The notes: generated by a model from the sequence alone, not told the origin. A DNA stretch of 64,000 nucleotides from Candidatus Omnitrophota bacterium (GCA_023229385.1 JALNZI010000001.1:26419-90418); one strand, 5' to 3'. Shown: positions 8,172 to 17,816, numbered from the stretch's first letter. Translations and numbers: made by a program.

Positions 8172-8635
8172 TACTTATCTCCACTTCTTCTGCATACGAT
8201 TACTTCAGGATATACTGAGAATATGATTGATTCTACTGTTTTCCAATCACCTCCGCCTAATCCACATCCAATCTTAAATGGAATGTAAACTGGTTTATGT
8301 TTAATATTCACTAATTTGAGAAAAGTGAAGCATGATTTAATGGCTTCGTAGCTAGTATATAATTTTCCATCATAACCATAATCATATTGCATGAATGCAT
8401 TAACTATTTTTAAGTTATCATTGATGGTTACAATATTGTTTGTTCCTAATATTGCATCTGCTTCTCCATTATTATAATAATCTTTTATTACTTTTGAATA
8501 GCCATTAAAAATTATTGGGTATTTTTTTCTAAGTTGACCCGCAACTCCACTACCCATTCTACCCCTGCAATTAACTTGATGAACAATAAATCCCTCATCA
8601 ATTAATGTAATATCTTTTTCAATCTCTTCTAGCAT
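8171..8635 (-). CDS. macro-domain protein (ADP-ribose binding/hydrolase family)
   Basis: 154 aa. FIVHQVNCRGRMGSGVAGQLRKKYP and CGLGGGDW are typical stand-alone macrodomain signatures. AAGAGGA Shine-Dalgarno upstream. Confidence 0.7.
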   Translation of the reverse strand: MLEEIEKDITLIDEGFIVHQVNCRGRMGSGVAGQLRKKYPIIFNGYSKVIKDYYNNGEADAILGTNNIVTINDNLKIVNAFMQYDYGYDGKLYTSYEAIKSCFTFLKLVNIKHKPVYIPFKIGCGLGGGDWKTVESIIFSVYPEVIVCRRSGDK

Positions 8636-8647
8636 TAATTATTCCTC

Positions 8648-9100
8648 TTAATTACAATGCATTTGAATGTCGTCTTCAGTAAATACATAAAACAACATTC
8701 CATTTGCAGTAGCATATGCGTTAGCTGCTTTAAATTTAGCATTATTCACTACATATTGCTTAGTTTCAGTCATTACAGTTTTTTTAGATCTATGCTCAGT
8801 TTTAGGCGGATTTAATTGCTTTTTTGGTTTAACTTCAATTAATATACGTTTACGTTCACCATTTTGTCCAGCTATCTCAACATAAAAGTCTACAAAATAT
8901 CTATGGATTTTCCCATCTAATGGAGACATATAGGGCACTGTAACTAATTCACTACCCCATTTAACGATATTATCATTATTATCTAAAAACCACATCACTC
9001 TACGCTCCCAAGATGATCTAAAATTAGGAGTATGATCTCCTAAATATTTTTCTTTATTTATTGGGTGATATAATCCAATTGGTGGTAACTTAGAATTCAC
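8648..9100 (-). CDS. T4 gp4-like head completion nuclease (PD-(D/E)xK fold)
   Basis: 150 aa with a GTG start. RSSWERRVMWFLDNN, IHRYFVDFYV and ILIEVKPKKQ fit D...ExK. Size and motifs fit my recollection of the gp4 family. A late box lies 6 nt upstream. Confidence 0.5.
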   Translation of the reverse strand: MNSKLPPIGLYHPINKEKYLGDHTPNFRSSWERRVMWFLDNNDNIVKWGSELVTVPYMSPLDGKIHRYFVDFYVEIAGQNGERKRILIEVKPKKQLNPPKTEHRSKKTVMTETKQYVVNNAKFKAANAYATANGMLFYVFTEDDIQMHCN

Positions 9101-9105
9101 ATATA

Positions 9106-9246
9106 TTATTTAGAATATAATTTTTTTAAATATTCTCTCATCTTAATATAATCCAATTCAGCTTTCTTAGCTCTAATTTTAGTATCTTCTGATATTTCAT
9201 CAATACTCTTCTCTGATTGAGAAGATTTTGACTTCTTTGTTTCCAT
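9106..9246 (-). CDS. small hypothetical protein (46 aa), below the ORF-track cutoff
   Basis: Hand-translated as METKKSKSSQSEKSIDEISEDTKIRAKKAELDYIKMREYLKKLYSK*. It fills an otherwise empty 147-nt gap on the coding strand. Confidence 0.35.
   Translation of the reverse strand: METKKSKSSQSEKSIDEISEDTKIRAKKAELDYIKMREYLKKLYSK
9107..9113 (-). promoter_or_regulatory. late-type box CTAAATA
   Basis: 6 nt upstream of GTG 9100. Confidence 0.5.
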
Positions 9247-9247
9247 T

Positions 9248-9559
9248 TTAAATTCGATTTAAATTAGAATTAATATCTTTAACAATATCTAAAATAACAT
9301 TTAAACTTTTATTACTTAATTTTTCTTTATTTTTAGTAGTATATTTATCAATATTAAAAATCGTATACTTAACTGAACTAGTATATCCTAATAAAAATTG
9401 TTTTAATAATGCAACTCTAGTATATTCAACAAATTCTTCATCATCTTGTTTATTAGCAAATTGGCATAATGCTTTAAGAGAGCTTTCAAATTCATCGTAA
9501 ATACCTAATTCTATTAATAAAGAATCTGTATTGTTTACTATTTCAGCTTCGTCGTTCAT
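9248..9559 (-). CDS. hypothetical protein
   Basis: 103-aa ORF with a 4-nt overlap with the upstream gene. Confidence 0.5.
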   Translation of the reverse strand: MNDEAEIVNNTDSLLIELGIYDEFESSLKALCQFANKQDDEEFVEYTRVALLKQFLLGYTSSVKYTIFNIDKYTTKNKEKLSNKSLNVILDIVKDINSNLNRI

Positions 9560-9975
9560 CTTGCTAAGATTATCCCAGATGGAGTGGTTGGATTACTAAG
9601 TAAATATTTTTTCTCTAATTCATCATATTCTTTTGATAATTTACCATATTCATTTATTAACCCAGATATTGTAACATTTTGGCTCTGAATTAATGATAAT
9701 AAATTTTCAGTAGTAGTTGCATCAAAAACTTCAACATATAATGTAGCAGTTTTTTGATAATACTTTCTAAAATACATTATATCTTCTTCATCATCAACAT
9801 TAATAGTTGGAGTCCATAGTAAATAATATTTGCTTCCTTTTGCTGTAGTAGACGATTCAATTGATTCAACAAATCTATGTTCAACTGAACTACTGCAAAC
9901 ATAAGCCTTTTTCTTACTTCCCTCAACGAGTTCTAACTTACTACCACAAAATGGGCAAATGTAATTCTTAGTCAT
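9556..9975 (-). CDS. hypothetical zinc-ribbon protein
   Basis: 139 aa with an N-terminal CPFCGS...CSSSVEH. AAAGGA Shine-Dalgarno and a TGTTATAAT box lie upstream. Confidence 0.55.
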   Translation of the reverse strand: MTKNYICPFCGSKLELVEGSKKKAYVCSSSVEHRFVESIESSTTAKGSKYYLLWTPTINVDDEEDIMYFRKYYQKTATLYVEVFDATTTENLLSLIQSQNVTISGLINEYGKLSKEYDELEKKYLLSNPTTPSGIILAR

Positions 9976-9991
9976 ATCAATCCTTTAATTA

Positions 9992-10000
9992 ATTATAACA
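9992..10000 (-). promoter_or_regulatory. extended -10 promoter TGTTATAAT
   Basis: 16 nt upstream of ATG 9975, immediately after the nrdJ terminator. Confidence 0.45.
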
Positions 10001-10026
10001 AAAAGACCTCAATCGAGGTCTTTTTT
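10001..10026. terminator. bidirectional intrinsic terminator
   Basis: AAAAGACCTC-AATC-GAGGTCTTTTTT. Stem 10005-10010 pairs with 10015-10020, with A/T runs on both sides. It lies 4 nt beyond the nrdJ stop. Confidence 0.65.
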
Positions 10027-10029
10027 GAA

Positions 10030-12504
10030 TTATCCACATTTAGCATAGCCGCAATGAGTACACATTAAACAGCCTTCAATATATGAAATATCTCCTCCGC
10101 AATTTGGGCATTTTTGCTTAGATGAAGTGCCATCTTTAATATATTTCTTCAAAACTCTAGCAATTATCCTAGAAAATGAATACATATCAGATGCTTTATC
10201 CTTTTGAATTTGCTCAACTATAATATGAATCGGTGTCCCTATTCTCAATAATAAAGAAATCATTCTGGTAAATGCACCCTGAGTAGGATTCTCAAACATA
10301 TTAACTACATCTTTTATTTTCCCAGTTTCATCTCCATCTGAATATACTAATTCATATATAGATAATCCATCATCATTTTTACCGCATCTATCTAAGAAAC
10401 CATGCTTAATTTTTTTAGGTAATTCAACTTTAGAAGATAGCCCTCCAAATAATTCATAAGGCTTTCCATCTAATTTACCAATAAAAATTGTCCATGCTTG
10501 CGAATTTATTATAGCTTGATGAATATCACACTCTAATCTCTTAGGTCTAGTTATTGAATGAACTTCTCCGCATGTGCATTCTTCATTTTTAGTTTCTTTT
10601 TTAGTAATTAATACTCCATCTCGACATCCATCTCTATATACAGTGAATCCTTTGCATCCAGATTCCCAAGCTTTCATATAAATATCTGCAACTAATTCTT
10701 TAGTTGCAGAATTAGGAAGATTACATGTTTTAGAAATACTATGACATATCCATTTCTGAGCCACAGCTTGTATTTTTACTGAAGCTAACCAATCTACATC
10801 ATTGGCAGTAGCTTTATAATACGGAGATTTATCAAAATCTTCATAAGTATATCCAGTTACATCCATCCATTGCTTAAATCCTTCATGATATACTTCAAAT
10901 ACTTGCCATTTATCCCCCAATGAATCAATGTAATCAACTTTTTCATTTGAATTACTTAAATTTATTTTTTTACGTCTTGAATATTTTATTGCAAATACTG
11001 GCTCAATACCTGATGTAGTTTGAGTCATCATTGAAACTGATCCAGTTGGAGCAGTGGTAGTTAATGCAATATTTCTTCTACCAAATTTTTTATATTTTTC
11101 TTGAACTTCAATTGGTAAATTACTAATTACTCTAGATACAAACACATGGTCTTTTTCTAATTCATAATTAAATATTGGAAATGAACCACGTTCTTCGGCT
11201 AATTCAATAGAAGATTCATATGCACTGACTTCTAAAGTCTTGTATATTTTTTCAGTCACTTCTATTGATTCATCAGAACCGTATCTAATATTTAATGCAG
11301 CTAATGCATCACCTAAAGCAGTTATACCTAGTCCAGTTCTTCTACCTTTTAAGCAAGTTTCTTTAATTTTATTCCATAATTCTAATTCAACTCTTTTTAT
11401 TTCATAAGGCTCTGGATCTGATTCAACTTTGGCTAATATTTTATCAATCTGTTCAAGCTCAATATCAATCATATCATCCATTAATCTTTGAGCAATCTTA
11501 GTTATCTTAATAAAATTCACATAATCAAAATATGCCTTTTTTGTAAATGGATTTATTACAAAAGATTTTAAGTTTTCACAAATTAATCTGCAAGAATCAT
11601 AAGCAGGTAATACAATTTCTCCACAAGGATTTGTTGCAATACTTCTGAATCCAAAATCTCCATATATATCACTTGGCGTATATTTTAATGCGTTATCCCA
11701 AAATAATAATCCAGGTTCAGCCGATTCCCAAGCTGCAAAAATTATTTGATTCCATATTGATCTAGCGTCAACCATCTTACTTATTGATGGATTATCAGAA
11801 TCAACCGGCCATCTTTGCTCATAATCGGTGCCATTTTTTACAGCATTCATGAATTCATCAGTTAATTTGACTGATATATTAGCACCTGTAATTCTAGTCT
11901 TATCTCTTTTTATGTTAATGAATGTTTCTATTTCAGGATGATGCACCGAACATGCTTCTAATAAAGCACCTCTTCGGCCAGATTGTGCAACTTCTCTAGT
12001 AGTATTGGAAAATCTATCCATATAGACGCCAATTCCATCAGTGGTTTTAGCAGCATTTGCTACTGGAAGACCAGATGGACGAATATTTGAAATATCATGT
12101 CCAACTCCACCTCTTCTTTTCATTAATTGAGCTTGCTCTTCGTCTGTTCTATGTATTCCACCCATAGAATCATAAGCTGAATCAATAACAAAGCAATTAC
12201 TAGCAGACTGAGTATTATAAGGATTTCCAATTGCGCTCATTGGAGAACCCTGGGGAATTATATATCTAAAATTTTCAAATAATCCATATATAGTATCTTT
12301 ATCTAAAGAATTTGGATACTTTTTTTCAATCCTTGCAAATTCTCCAGCTAATCTTTTATGCATTTCATTAGGAGTTAATTCATAATAAATATCACCATCT
12401 TTCAACGCATATTTGTCTGCAAAAACTTTTGCAGCCATTTCATCACCATTAAAATATTTAATAGATTCTTTAATTACTTCTTTGTAAGTAGCCATGATTT
12501 CCAT
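10030..12504 (-). CDS. nrdJ: class II (adenosylcobalamin-dependent) ribonucleotide reductase
   Basis: 824 aa. Shows NPCGEI active-site context, SNCFV, the TTAPTGS region and a C-terminal CPNCGG..CTHCG zinc ribbon. An alternative start is ATG 12495. Confidence 0.85.
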   Translation of the reverse strand: MEIMATYKEVIKESIKYFNGDEMAAKVFADKYALKDGDIYYELTPNEMHKRLAGEFARIEKKYPNSLDKDTIYGLFENFRYIIPQGSPMSAIGNPYNTQSASNCFVIDSAYDSMGGIHRTDEEQAQLMKRRGGVGHDISNIRPSGLPVANAAKTTDGIGVYMDRFSNTTREVAQSGRRGALLEACSVHHPEIETFINIKRDKTRITGANISVKLTDEFMNAVKNGTDYEQRWPVDSDNPSISKMVDARSIWNQIIFAAWESAEPGLLFWDNALKYTPSDIYGDFGFRSIATNPCGEIVLPAYDSCRLICENLKSFVINPFTKKAYFDYVNFIKITKIAQRLMDDMIDIELEQIDKILAKVESDPEPYEIKRVELELWNKIKETCLKGRRTGLGITALGDALAALNIRYGSDESIEVTEKIYKTLEVSAYESSIELAEERGSFPIFNYELEKDHVFVSRVISNLPIEVQEKYKKFGRRNIALTTTAPTGSVSMMTQTTSGIEPVFAIKYSRRKKINLSNSNEKVDYIDSLGDKWQVFEVYHEGFKQWMDVTGYTYEDFDKSPYYKATANDVDWLASVKIQAVAQKWICHSISKTCNLPNSATKELVADIYMKAWESGCKGFTVYRDGCRDGVLITKKETKNEECTCGEVHSITRPKRLECDIHQAIINSQAWTIFIGKLDGKPYELFGGLSSKVELPKKIKHGFLDRCGKNDDGLSIYELVYSDGDETGKIKDVVNMFENPTQGAFTRMISLLLRIGTPIHIIVEQIQKDKASDMYSFSRIIARVLKKYIKDGTSSKQKCPNCGGDISYIEGCLMCTHCGYAKCG

Positions 12505-12517
12505 ATCCTTGTGAGAT

Positions 12518-12524
12518 TATTTAG
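12518..12524 (-). promoter_or_regulatory. late-type box CTAAATA
   Basis: 13 nt upstream of ATG 12504. The spacer contains an AAGGA Shine-Dalgarno. Confidence 0.35.
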
Positions 12525-12532
12525 TGAAAAAA

Positions 12533-13417
12533 TTAAGCATTTTTAAAGAGCTTTCTGTTAAATAAATTTAGTATTTCACTATATTCTAAGTTGCTCTTCA
12601 TAGCCATTTCACTACTATCTGGTACTATAATTTTAACATTATTGTATTGCTCAAGTATCATTTCTTCTAATTTCTTGGGAATAAACTCAAAATTAACTAG
12701 CCTTTGATTTAGTAAATATTGCTTATCCAATTTAATTTTAGTGAAATATGGTAATAGATTACCTTCACTTTCTGTAATTACCCCTCTAGCTTTAACTGGA
12801 CCAAATCCCCTAGCTACTGGTTTAATGTTATCTCCTCGATCTCCACTAATAACCTTAAGATTAATCAACTCTCGCCAATCAATATTATCGACTTCTTTTC
12901 TATCTTTTGCATTATAGCATCTAAAATTAGAAAATCTAAAAAGTTGATGAATATCAGCATCACCTGTTACTGCTATTATTTCTTCTTCTTCATGCAAGTG
13001 CTTAGTTAATACAGCTATAATATCGTCCGCTTCTGCGTATTTGTTATATAAAGTCTTAAATGGATATATTTTAGATAAATTCATTAAAAATTCATCTCTA
13101 ACTATAGAAAATTTACCCCAATCAACTGGAAATGCGGCTCTAGCTTTAGCTCTAGTTCCTTTATATTCTGGATAAAAATGCCTTCTCCATAATTTATTTC
13201 CATCACAAGCTATTGTTAATTTATCGGGATTAAAAAGATCAATTAAATTTACTATTTCTAATTCCATTTCCTTACATAAATTGATAAATCCGCTATCTGA
13301 TTCTTGCATTAAAAATAGGTTTTTAGTATTTTTATCAAAACCTTTAGATCCTGATACTAAGGAAAAAAGTTTCCAATAACTAATTGAGCCAGCATCTACT
13401 ATTAACTCTGTAAGCAT
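12533..13417 (-). CDS. rnh: 5'-3' exonuclease / flap endonuclease (T4 RNase H-like)
   Basis: 294 aa. Shows AEADDIIA, VTGDADIHQL and ISGDRGDNIKPV (GDxxDNI helix-hairpin-helix motif). Confidence 0.75.
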   Translation of the reverse strand: MLTELIVDAGSISYWKLFSLVSGSKGFDKNTKNLFLMQESDSGFINLCKEMELEIVNLIDLFNPDKLTIACDGNKLWRRHFYPEYKGTRAKARAAFPVDWGKFSIVRDEFLMNLSKIYPFKTLYNKYAEADDIIAVLTKHLHEEEEIIAVTGDADIHQLFRFSNFRCYNAKDRKEVDNIDWRELINLKVISGDRGDNIKPVARGFGPVKARGVITESEGNLLPYFTKIKLDKQYLLNQRLVNFEFIPKKLEEMILEQYNNVKIIVPDSSEMAMKSNLEYSEILNLFNRKLFKNA

Positions 13418-13430
13418 TTTGTAATTGTAA

Positions 13431-13437
13431 CTAAATA
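13431..13437 (+). promoter_or_regulatory. late-type box CTAAATA
   Basis: 6 nt upstream of ATG 13444. Confidence 0.5.
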
Positions 13438-13443
13438 TTAAAT

Positions 13444-14172
13444 ATGAAGGTTACTGATTTTACTATCCTGGCAGAAGATGTTGATCCAGATGATATTGAT
13501 ATATCTTCGCTTATTTTACGCAAAGAATTAAATCCAAAAATATGGAATAATTTTAATTTAGTGCCTGATGTAGCCGATACTGCTAAAAAAATAGCTAAAG
13601 ATTATTCAGATTTTATGCTGAAAAATCTAAAAGATGCTGAAGTATCTGAAATATATTTTACTGGAAGTTTAGCAAACTACAATTGGTCTAATTATTCAGA
13701 TTTTGATATTCACGTTATAATAGATTATTCAGATATTAATAAAGATATTGATTTAGTTGGAGATTATTTTTGGGATAGAACTCTATTATATAGATTAGAT
13801 AATAAATTTGAAATAAGTGGATTTGAAGTTGAATTAAATATTAATAATATTACTCCTCTTAGAAAAAATGCAGGAGTTTATTCATTATTATATGATGAAT
13901 GGGTTCAAAAACCAGACACTAATAAAATAATAATTGACTTCAAATTAGTTAAAGAAAAAGCCGCAGCTATTATGAATATGATTGATGATTCCAGATGCGA
14001 TTTAAATAATTTGATCAATATTAAAGAAAAAATAAGAAAAATGAGAGATTCTGGTATTGATAAATATGGAGAATTCTCTATAGAAAATTTAGCATTTAAA
14101 ATATTAAGAAGAACTGGATATATAGATAAGCTTAAAAAAGAAATATCTGAATATTCTAAACTTACCGTATAA
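13444..14172 (+). CDS. Pol-beta-superfamily nucleotidyltransferase (stand-alone)
   Basis: 242 aa. FTGSLANYNWSNYSDFDIHV matches hG[GS]-x10-[DE]h[DE]h. A downstream GFEVELN is a candidate third acidic residue. Confidence 0.6.
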   Translation: MKVTDFTILAEDVDPDDIDISSLILRKELNPKIWNNFNLVPDVADTAKKIAKDYSDFMLKNLKDAEVSEIYFTGSLANYNWSNYSDFDIHVIIDYSDINKDIDLVGDYFWDRTLLYRLDNKFEISGFEVELNINNITPLRKNAGVYSLLYDEWVQKPDTNKIIIDFKLVKEKAAAIMNMIDDSRCDLNNLINIKEKIRKMRDSGIDKYGEFSIENLAFKILRRTGYIDKLKKEISEYSKLTV

Positions 14173-15724
14173 CAACTGTTCCACTAAATGAAATACTAAA
14201 TGTTAGAATAATTGTGTTACTATCAACAACCGTAATACTAGGAATAATTGTTGAACCCGATGAATTAGTACAATTTACAGTAACTGTTTTATTTAAATTA
14301 TGAATAATTGTTGCAGTAGTTACATTGTATAAAGTAGTTGAATAAGTTGAAGTAATTGTTTTTTCTATTGAATTTACAATATTATTATCAGATATCTCAG
14401 CAAAATGATCATATGCTAAGTCAACTACTGAACTTACATTAGTAACTCTTAAATTGTCATATACTGAATTAGTACTATCAGAAGTTTTTTTAGTATCTTT
14501 TTTTGAATTAGAAATATTAGTTTCAGCTAATGTTATTTCAGCTTTTTTTTCAACTAATTTTGCACTTAAATTAGTTGTTAATTCTTTAACACGTAATGCT
14601 GCACTATCATCATCTGATATTGGCAAAAATGAACTTAATTTAGATTTAATTACATTACTTTGAGAAGATTTGATTGCTTCTGATTCAATGGCATCTCTAG
14701 CTAAAATAGAAGCTCTTCCTCCAGTTAATGTATCTAATTCCTCACATATTACCTTAATTGCCCCTAGAGAAGCATTTGCAAGGCATGTAGAGTATTCTAA
14801 TTGTGTTTGGACATACTTGCTAAGTAGACCATCTGGACCGCTTAAACAGTCTTCTAGCATCTCTTTTATTGCTTTAGCTAAAGATGAATTATTTTTTTTA
14901 GCGGAAGCTGGTAATTTTGATAGCATAGATGAAGGCAATTTGCTATCTCCTAAATCACTGTGCCCATTTTGCTTTAATATTTCGTAAAATTTACTTTCTT
15001 TATTTTTTAGAAAATCACTTATTGTAGAACTAGATTCATTGAATAATAATGCAGTATGTCCTGGTTCACTTTCATTTATTAATGAGCTATCATTAAATTC
15101 AATATGTAACTCAGTATTTGATTGTTTTATAAAAATTCCACTTAAATTGAAATAATCACTATTATTAATATAAAACCAATTTACTATATTATAAACATAG
15201 TCGAAATATTCAGATTTAGTTCTAATATCTATAGCTAATCCTCTTTGATGAACTGAGGTATTAGGCTTGGCCCAAGTATATCCTAATGAATTTAGTGCGG
15301 ATTGAATTGAATTGTAATCAAATTCAAATAAATAATTACCATTATATTTTCCTATCAATTCAGGATTTGTTTGTTTTGATTTGTACTTTGAAAAATTAAT
15401 ATTTGGATTATTATCATATAATAATTTCAATCCTATTTTTGCTTGTAATTCAGGAGGAATATATGCATTTGAAATGTATGTGCTTTCTGGCATATATCTC
15501 CCAACTATACTCCAAAAATCATAATGAAAACTTTTAAGATAAGCTCCATCTAAAATTAAAGGTTGCAATAAAGGATATCTTAATGTTTTAATACTATTAT
15601 TTACACCAGATACTTCATACACTTTAGCATCGCTAATCAGTGAACTATTTCCATTTTGGAAATAACTTAAAGCGCTTGCATTAAAATATGATAGTGAAAG
15701 ATCACTGCCCTTTGGATAATTCAT
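14162..15724 (-). CDS. LAS-family (peptidase M15/VanY-like) cell-wall peptidase domain protein with a long S/T/N-rich C-terminal region
   Basis: 520 aa. SVHQRGLAIDI matches HxxGxAxD, followed by TELHIEF. A late box lies 6 nt upstream. Confidence 0.5.
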   Translation of the reverse strand: MNYPKGSDLSLSYFNASALSYFQNGNSSLISDAKVYEVSGVNNSIKTLRYPLLQPLILDGAYLKSFHYDFWSIVGRYMPESTYISNAYIPPELQAKIGLKLLYDNNPNINFSKYKSKQTNPELIGKYNGNYLFEFDYNSIQSALNSLGYTWAKPNTSVHQRGLAIDIRTKSEYFDYVYNIVNWFYINNSDYFNLSGIFIKQSNTELHIEFNDSSLINESEPGHTALLFNESSSTISDFLKNKESKFYEILKQNGHSDLGDSKLPSSMLSKLPASAKKNNSSLAKAIKEMLEDCLSGPDGLLSKYVQTQLEYSTCLANASLGAIKVICEELDTLTGGRASILARDAIESEAIKSSQSNVIKSKLSSFLPISDDDSAALRVKELTTNLSAKLVEKKAEITLAETNISNSKKDTKKTSDSTNSVYDNLRVTNVSSVVDLAYDHFAEISDNNIVNSIEKTITSTYSTTLYNVTTATIIHNLNKTVTVNCTNSSGSTIIPSITVVDSNTIILTFSISFSGTVVIR

Positions 15725-17330
15725 TTAAAGTATTTATTATAGAAAATGTATGGTTTAAAGTAAGAGTTTCTATATTGAATTTTTTCTTTAAGTAATAACC
15801 ATGCCTAGCTATATATTGTAGATTAACTCTACTTCTCCACATATTTCCTGTTCTTTTTAAAATTGATAAATCATCTACTAAATCATAGATAGTGGCAAAA
15901 TCCTTAGTTTCATGTAATCTTAATATTCTACCTATTGATTGTACAATTGTTTCATATGAGCGCAAAGATGATGCAAAAATACAATTATGTAATTTCTTGA
16001 TGTTAATACCTGTTGACATTGTTGTATAAGTAGCAACTAATATAACACCTTCTCTATCATTCATTGAAGTAATAATGGCATCTCTTTTTGTTTTCTTTAT
16101 GCCACCGTATATTATTTCTGTAGTAAATTGAGGATGATATTTGTTTATATGTTTAACAATATCATCCAATTCACCATTTTCTATTTTACTACAAAGAATT
16201 AATGTATTTTGTTTAGGTGTTATTTTACCAGAATTTATTAAATTAGATATGGTCCATAATTTTGATTTATTTAATCTTAATAATTCAACTTCCTCATCAA
16301 ATTTTATATCATTTTGCTTCATAAATTTAATGGATTTTAAATCATAAGGTAACATTACTTCAACAATATTTGCTTTAGCCAATATTCCTCTATCTTGAAG
16401 ATCTTTAGTTTCAGCTAATATTATTTTTTTACCAAACGCACCTTCTAAAGTTTTCACATACAAAGGCTCTTCAGGAATCGTCCCGGTGAATCCTAGTCTG
16501 TATTCAGCATTTATGCATGAATTCAATACTCCTAATAATGTTTTACCATCTTTTTTTGCTCTATGCGCTTCATCTAACATAACCATATTGAATCTATTAC
16601 AGAATTCTTTATCTTTTGATAGTAATCCATCAATTGAATTATATACAGCTATCATTACTGGCTTAGTTAATGCATCTGCTTTTTCAGAGGCAGTAAATTC
16701 AGAATCATATAATCCAACATATTTGTCAATATTATTCCATTTATATGATTTAAAATCTCTATACATTTGAGTAACTAATGCTACATTTGGAACTAACAAT
16801 AATACTTTAAAATCTTTATCTTTATTTAAATGCATTAAATATCTTATTAATAGATAAATTAATACACTTTTACCAGATCCAGTAGGTGATTCAAATAATA
16901 GTCTTTTCTTTTTAATAGCTAATTTAAATCCATTAATTTGAAAATCATATGGATTGAATCCATTTAATTTAGCAAAATTATCAATAAATGAATCTATTTC
17001 ATCGTAATTAATATTATCTTCTAAAAATGATGTTTTAATATCATCACTAACTTCTACTTCAAATGAAGATGCTTTTAGTAATTTAACGGCTTCAGGCACT
17101 AAGCCTAATGGCAAAGCTCCATATATTTTTTTAAATACATGTAATTTACCATCATATCTAGTTATTTTTCTATTTTTGTACCTTTTATCAAATTTATAAT
17201 TTGGAGTATATATTGCAAAATTACCATCTAAATATGATAATGGATTTGCATAAGTAGATTCTGTTTCTGATCTACCTAACCAAACAAATTTAGCCCATAT
17301 ATTGTTTAATTTATCTACTCTAACTGGCAC
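15702..17330 (-). CDS. uvsW: SF2 DEAD/DEAH-box DNA helicase, UvsW-like
   Basis: 542 aa with a GTG start. Walker A is ESPTGSGKS and Walker B is MLDEAH. Also shows GFTGT and the C-terminal helicase motif QSIGRILR. Confidence 0.65.
   Translation of the reverse strand: MPVRVDKLNNIWAKFVWLGRSETESTYANPLSYLDGNFAIYTPNYKFDKRYKNRKITRYDGKLHVFKKIYGALPLGLVPEAVKLLKASSFEVEVSDDIKTSFLEDNINYDEIDSFIDNFAKLNGFNPYDFQINGFKLAIKKKRLLFESPTGSGKSVLIYLLIRYLMHLNKDKDFKVLLLVPNVALVTQMYRDFKSYKWNNIDKYVGLYDSEFTASEKADALTKPVMIAVYNSIDGLLSKDKEFCNRFNMVMLDEAHRAKKDGKTLLGVLNSCINAEYRLGFTGTIPEEPLYVKTLEGAFGKKIILAETKDLQDRGILAKANIVEVMLPYDLKSIKFMKQNDIKFDEEVELLRLNKSKLWTISNLINSGKITPKQNTLILCSKIENGELDDIVKHINKYHPQFTTEIIYGGIKKTKRDAIITSMNDREGVILVATYTTMSTGINIKKLHNCIFASSLRSYETIVQSIGRILRLHETKDFATIYDLVDDLSILKRTGNMWRSRVNLQYIARHGYYLKKKFNIETLTLNHTFSIINTLNELSKGQ
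15731..15737 (-). promoter_or_regulatory. late-type box ATAAATA
   Basis: 6 nt upstream of ATG 15724, inside the helicase 3' end. Confidence 0.45.
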
Positions 17331-17336
17331 ATATAG

Positions 17337-17343
17337 TATTTAT
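17337..17343 (-). promoter_or_regulatory. late-type box ATAAATA
   Basis: 6 nt upstream of GTG 17330. Confidence 0.45.
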
Positions 17344-17360
17344 GCCATTATTAAAGCCAT

Positions 17361-17816
17361 TTAGTATGCCATTAATGAAGTCTTAATCAATTCAACTTGA
17401 TTTGATACTTTAGCATTAATGTATTTAAAATACTCTACATAATCCTTAAGTAAATTGTATATTACTTCTAATTTTGAGATACTTTCTCGTATTGAAATAT
17501 ATTCACTATCAAGGGCTATTTTTTCAAGCATTTCAGTCTTGTCAATAACTCTATGTTCATTGAAAGTTTCATCATATCTACATTTTTGTTTTATTTTATT
17601 TTCTATAATATTTAATTTATTTTTTAATTGATTTAATTTTATAGAAGTTCTACCTAATTTTGATAACCATTTATTAAATAGCAATCCAGTACCTAGATTG
17701 TATCTCATTAAATCTTCAATTTTCTCTGGAAGTACACTATCTTTTTCAAATATATTAATGAGATTTTCAAGTTTATATTCTTCATCAAACATTATCTCAA
17801 AATCAGTCTTTTCCAT
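17361..17816 (-). CDS. hypothetical coiled-coil protein
   Basis: 151-aa ORF, the first gene leftward of the divergent hub. Confidence 0.5.
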   Translation of the reverse strand: MEKTDFEIMFDEEYKLENLINIFEKDSVLPEKIEDLMRYNLGTGLLFNKWLSKLGRTSIKLNQLKNKLNIIENKIKQKCRYDETFNEHRVIDKTEMLEKIALDSEYISIRESISKLEVIYNLLKDYVEYFKYINAKVSNQVELIKTSLMAY

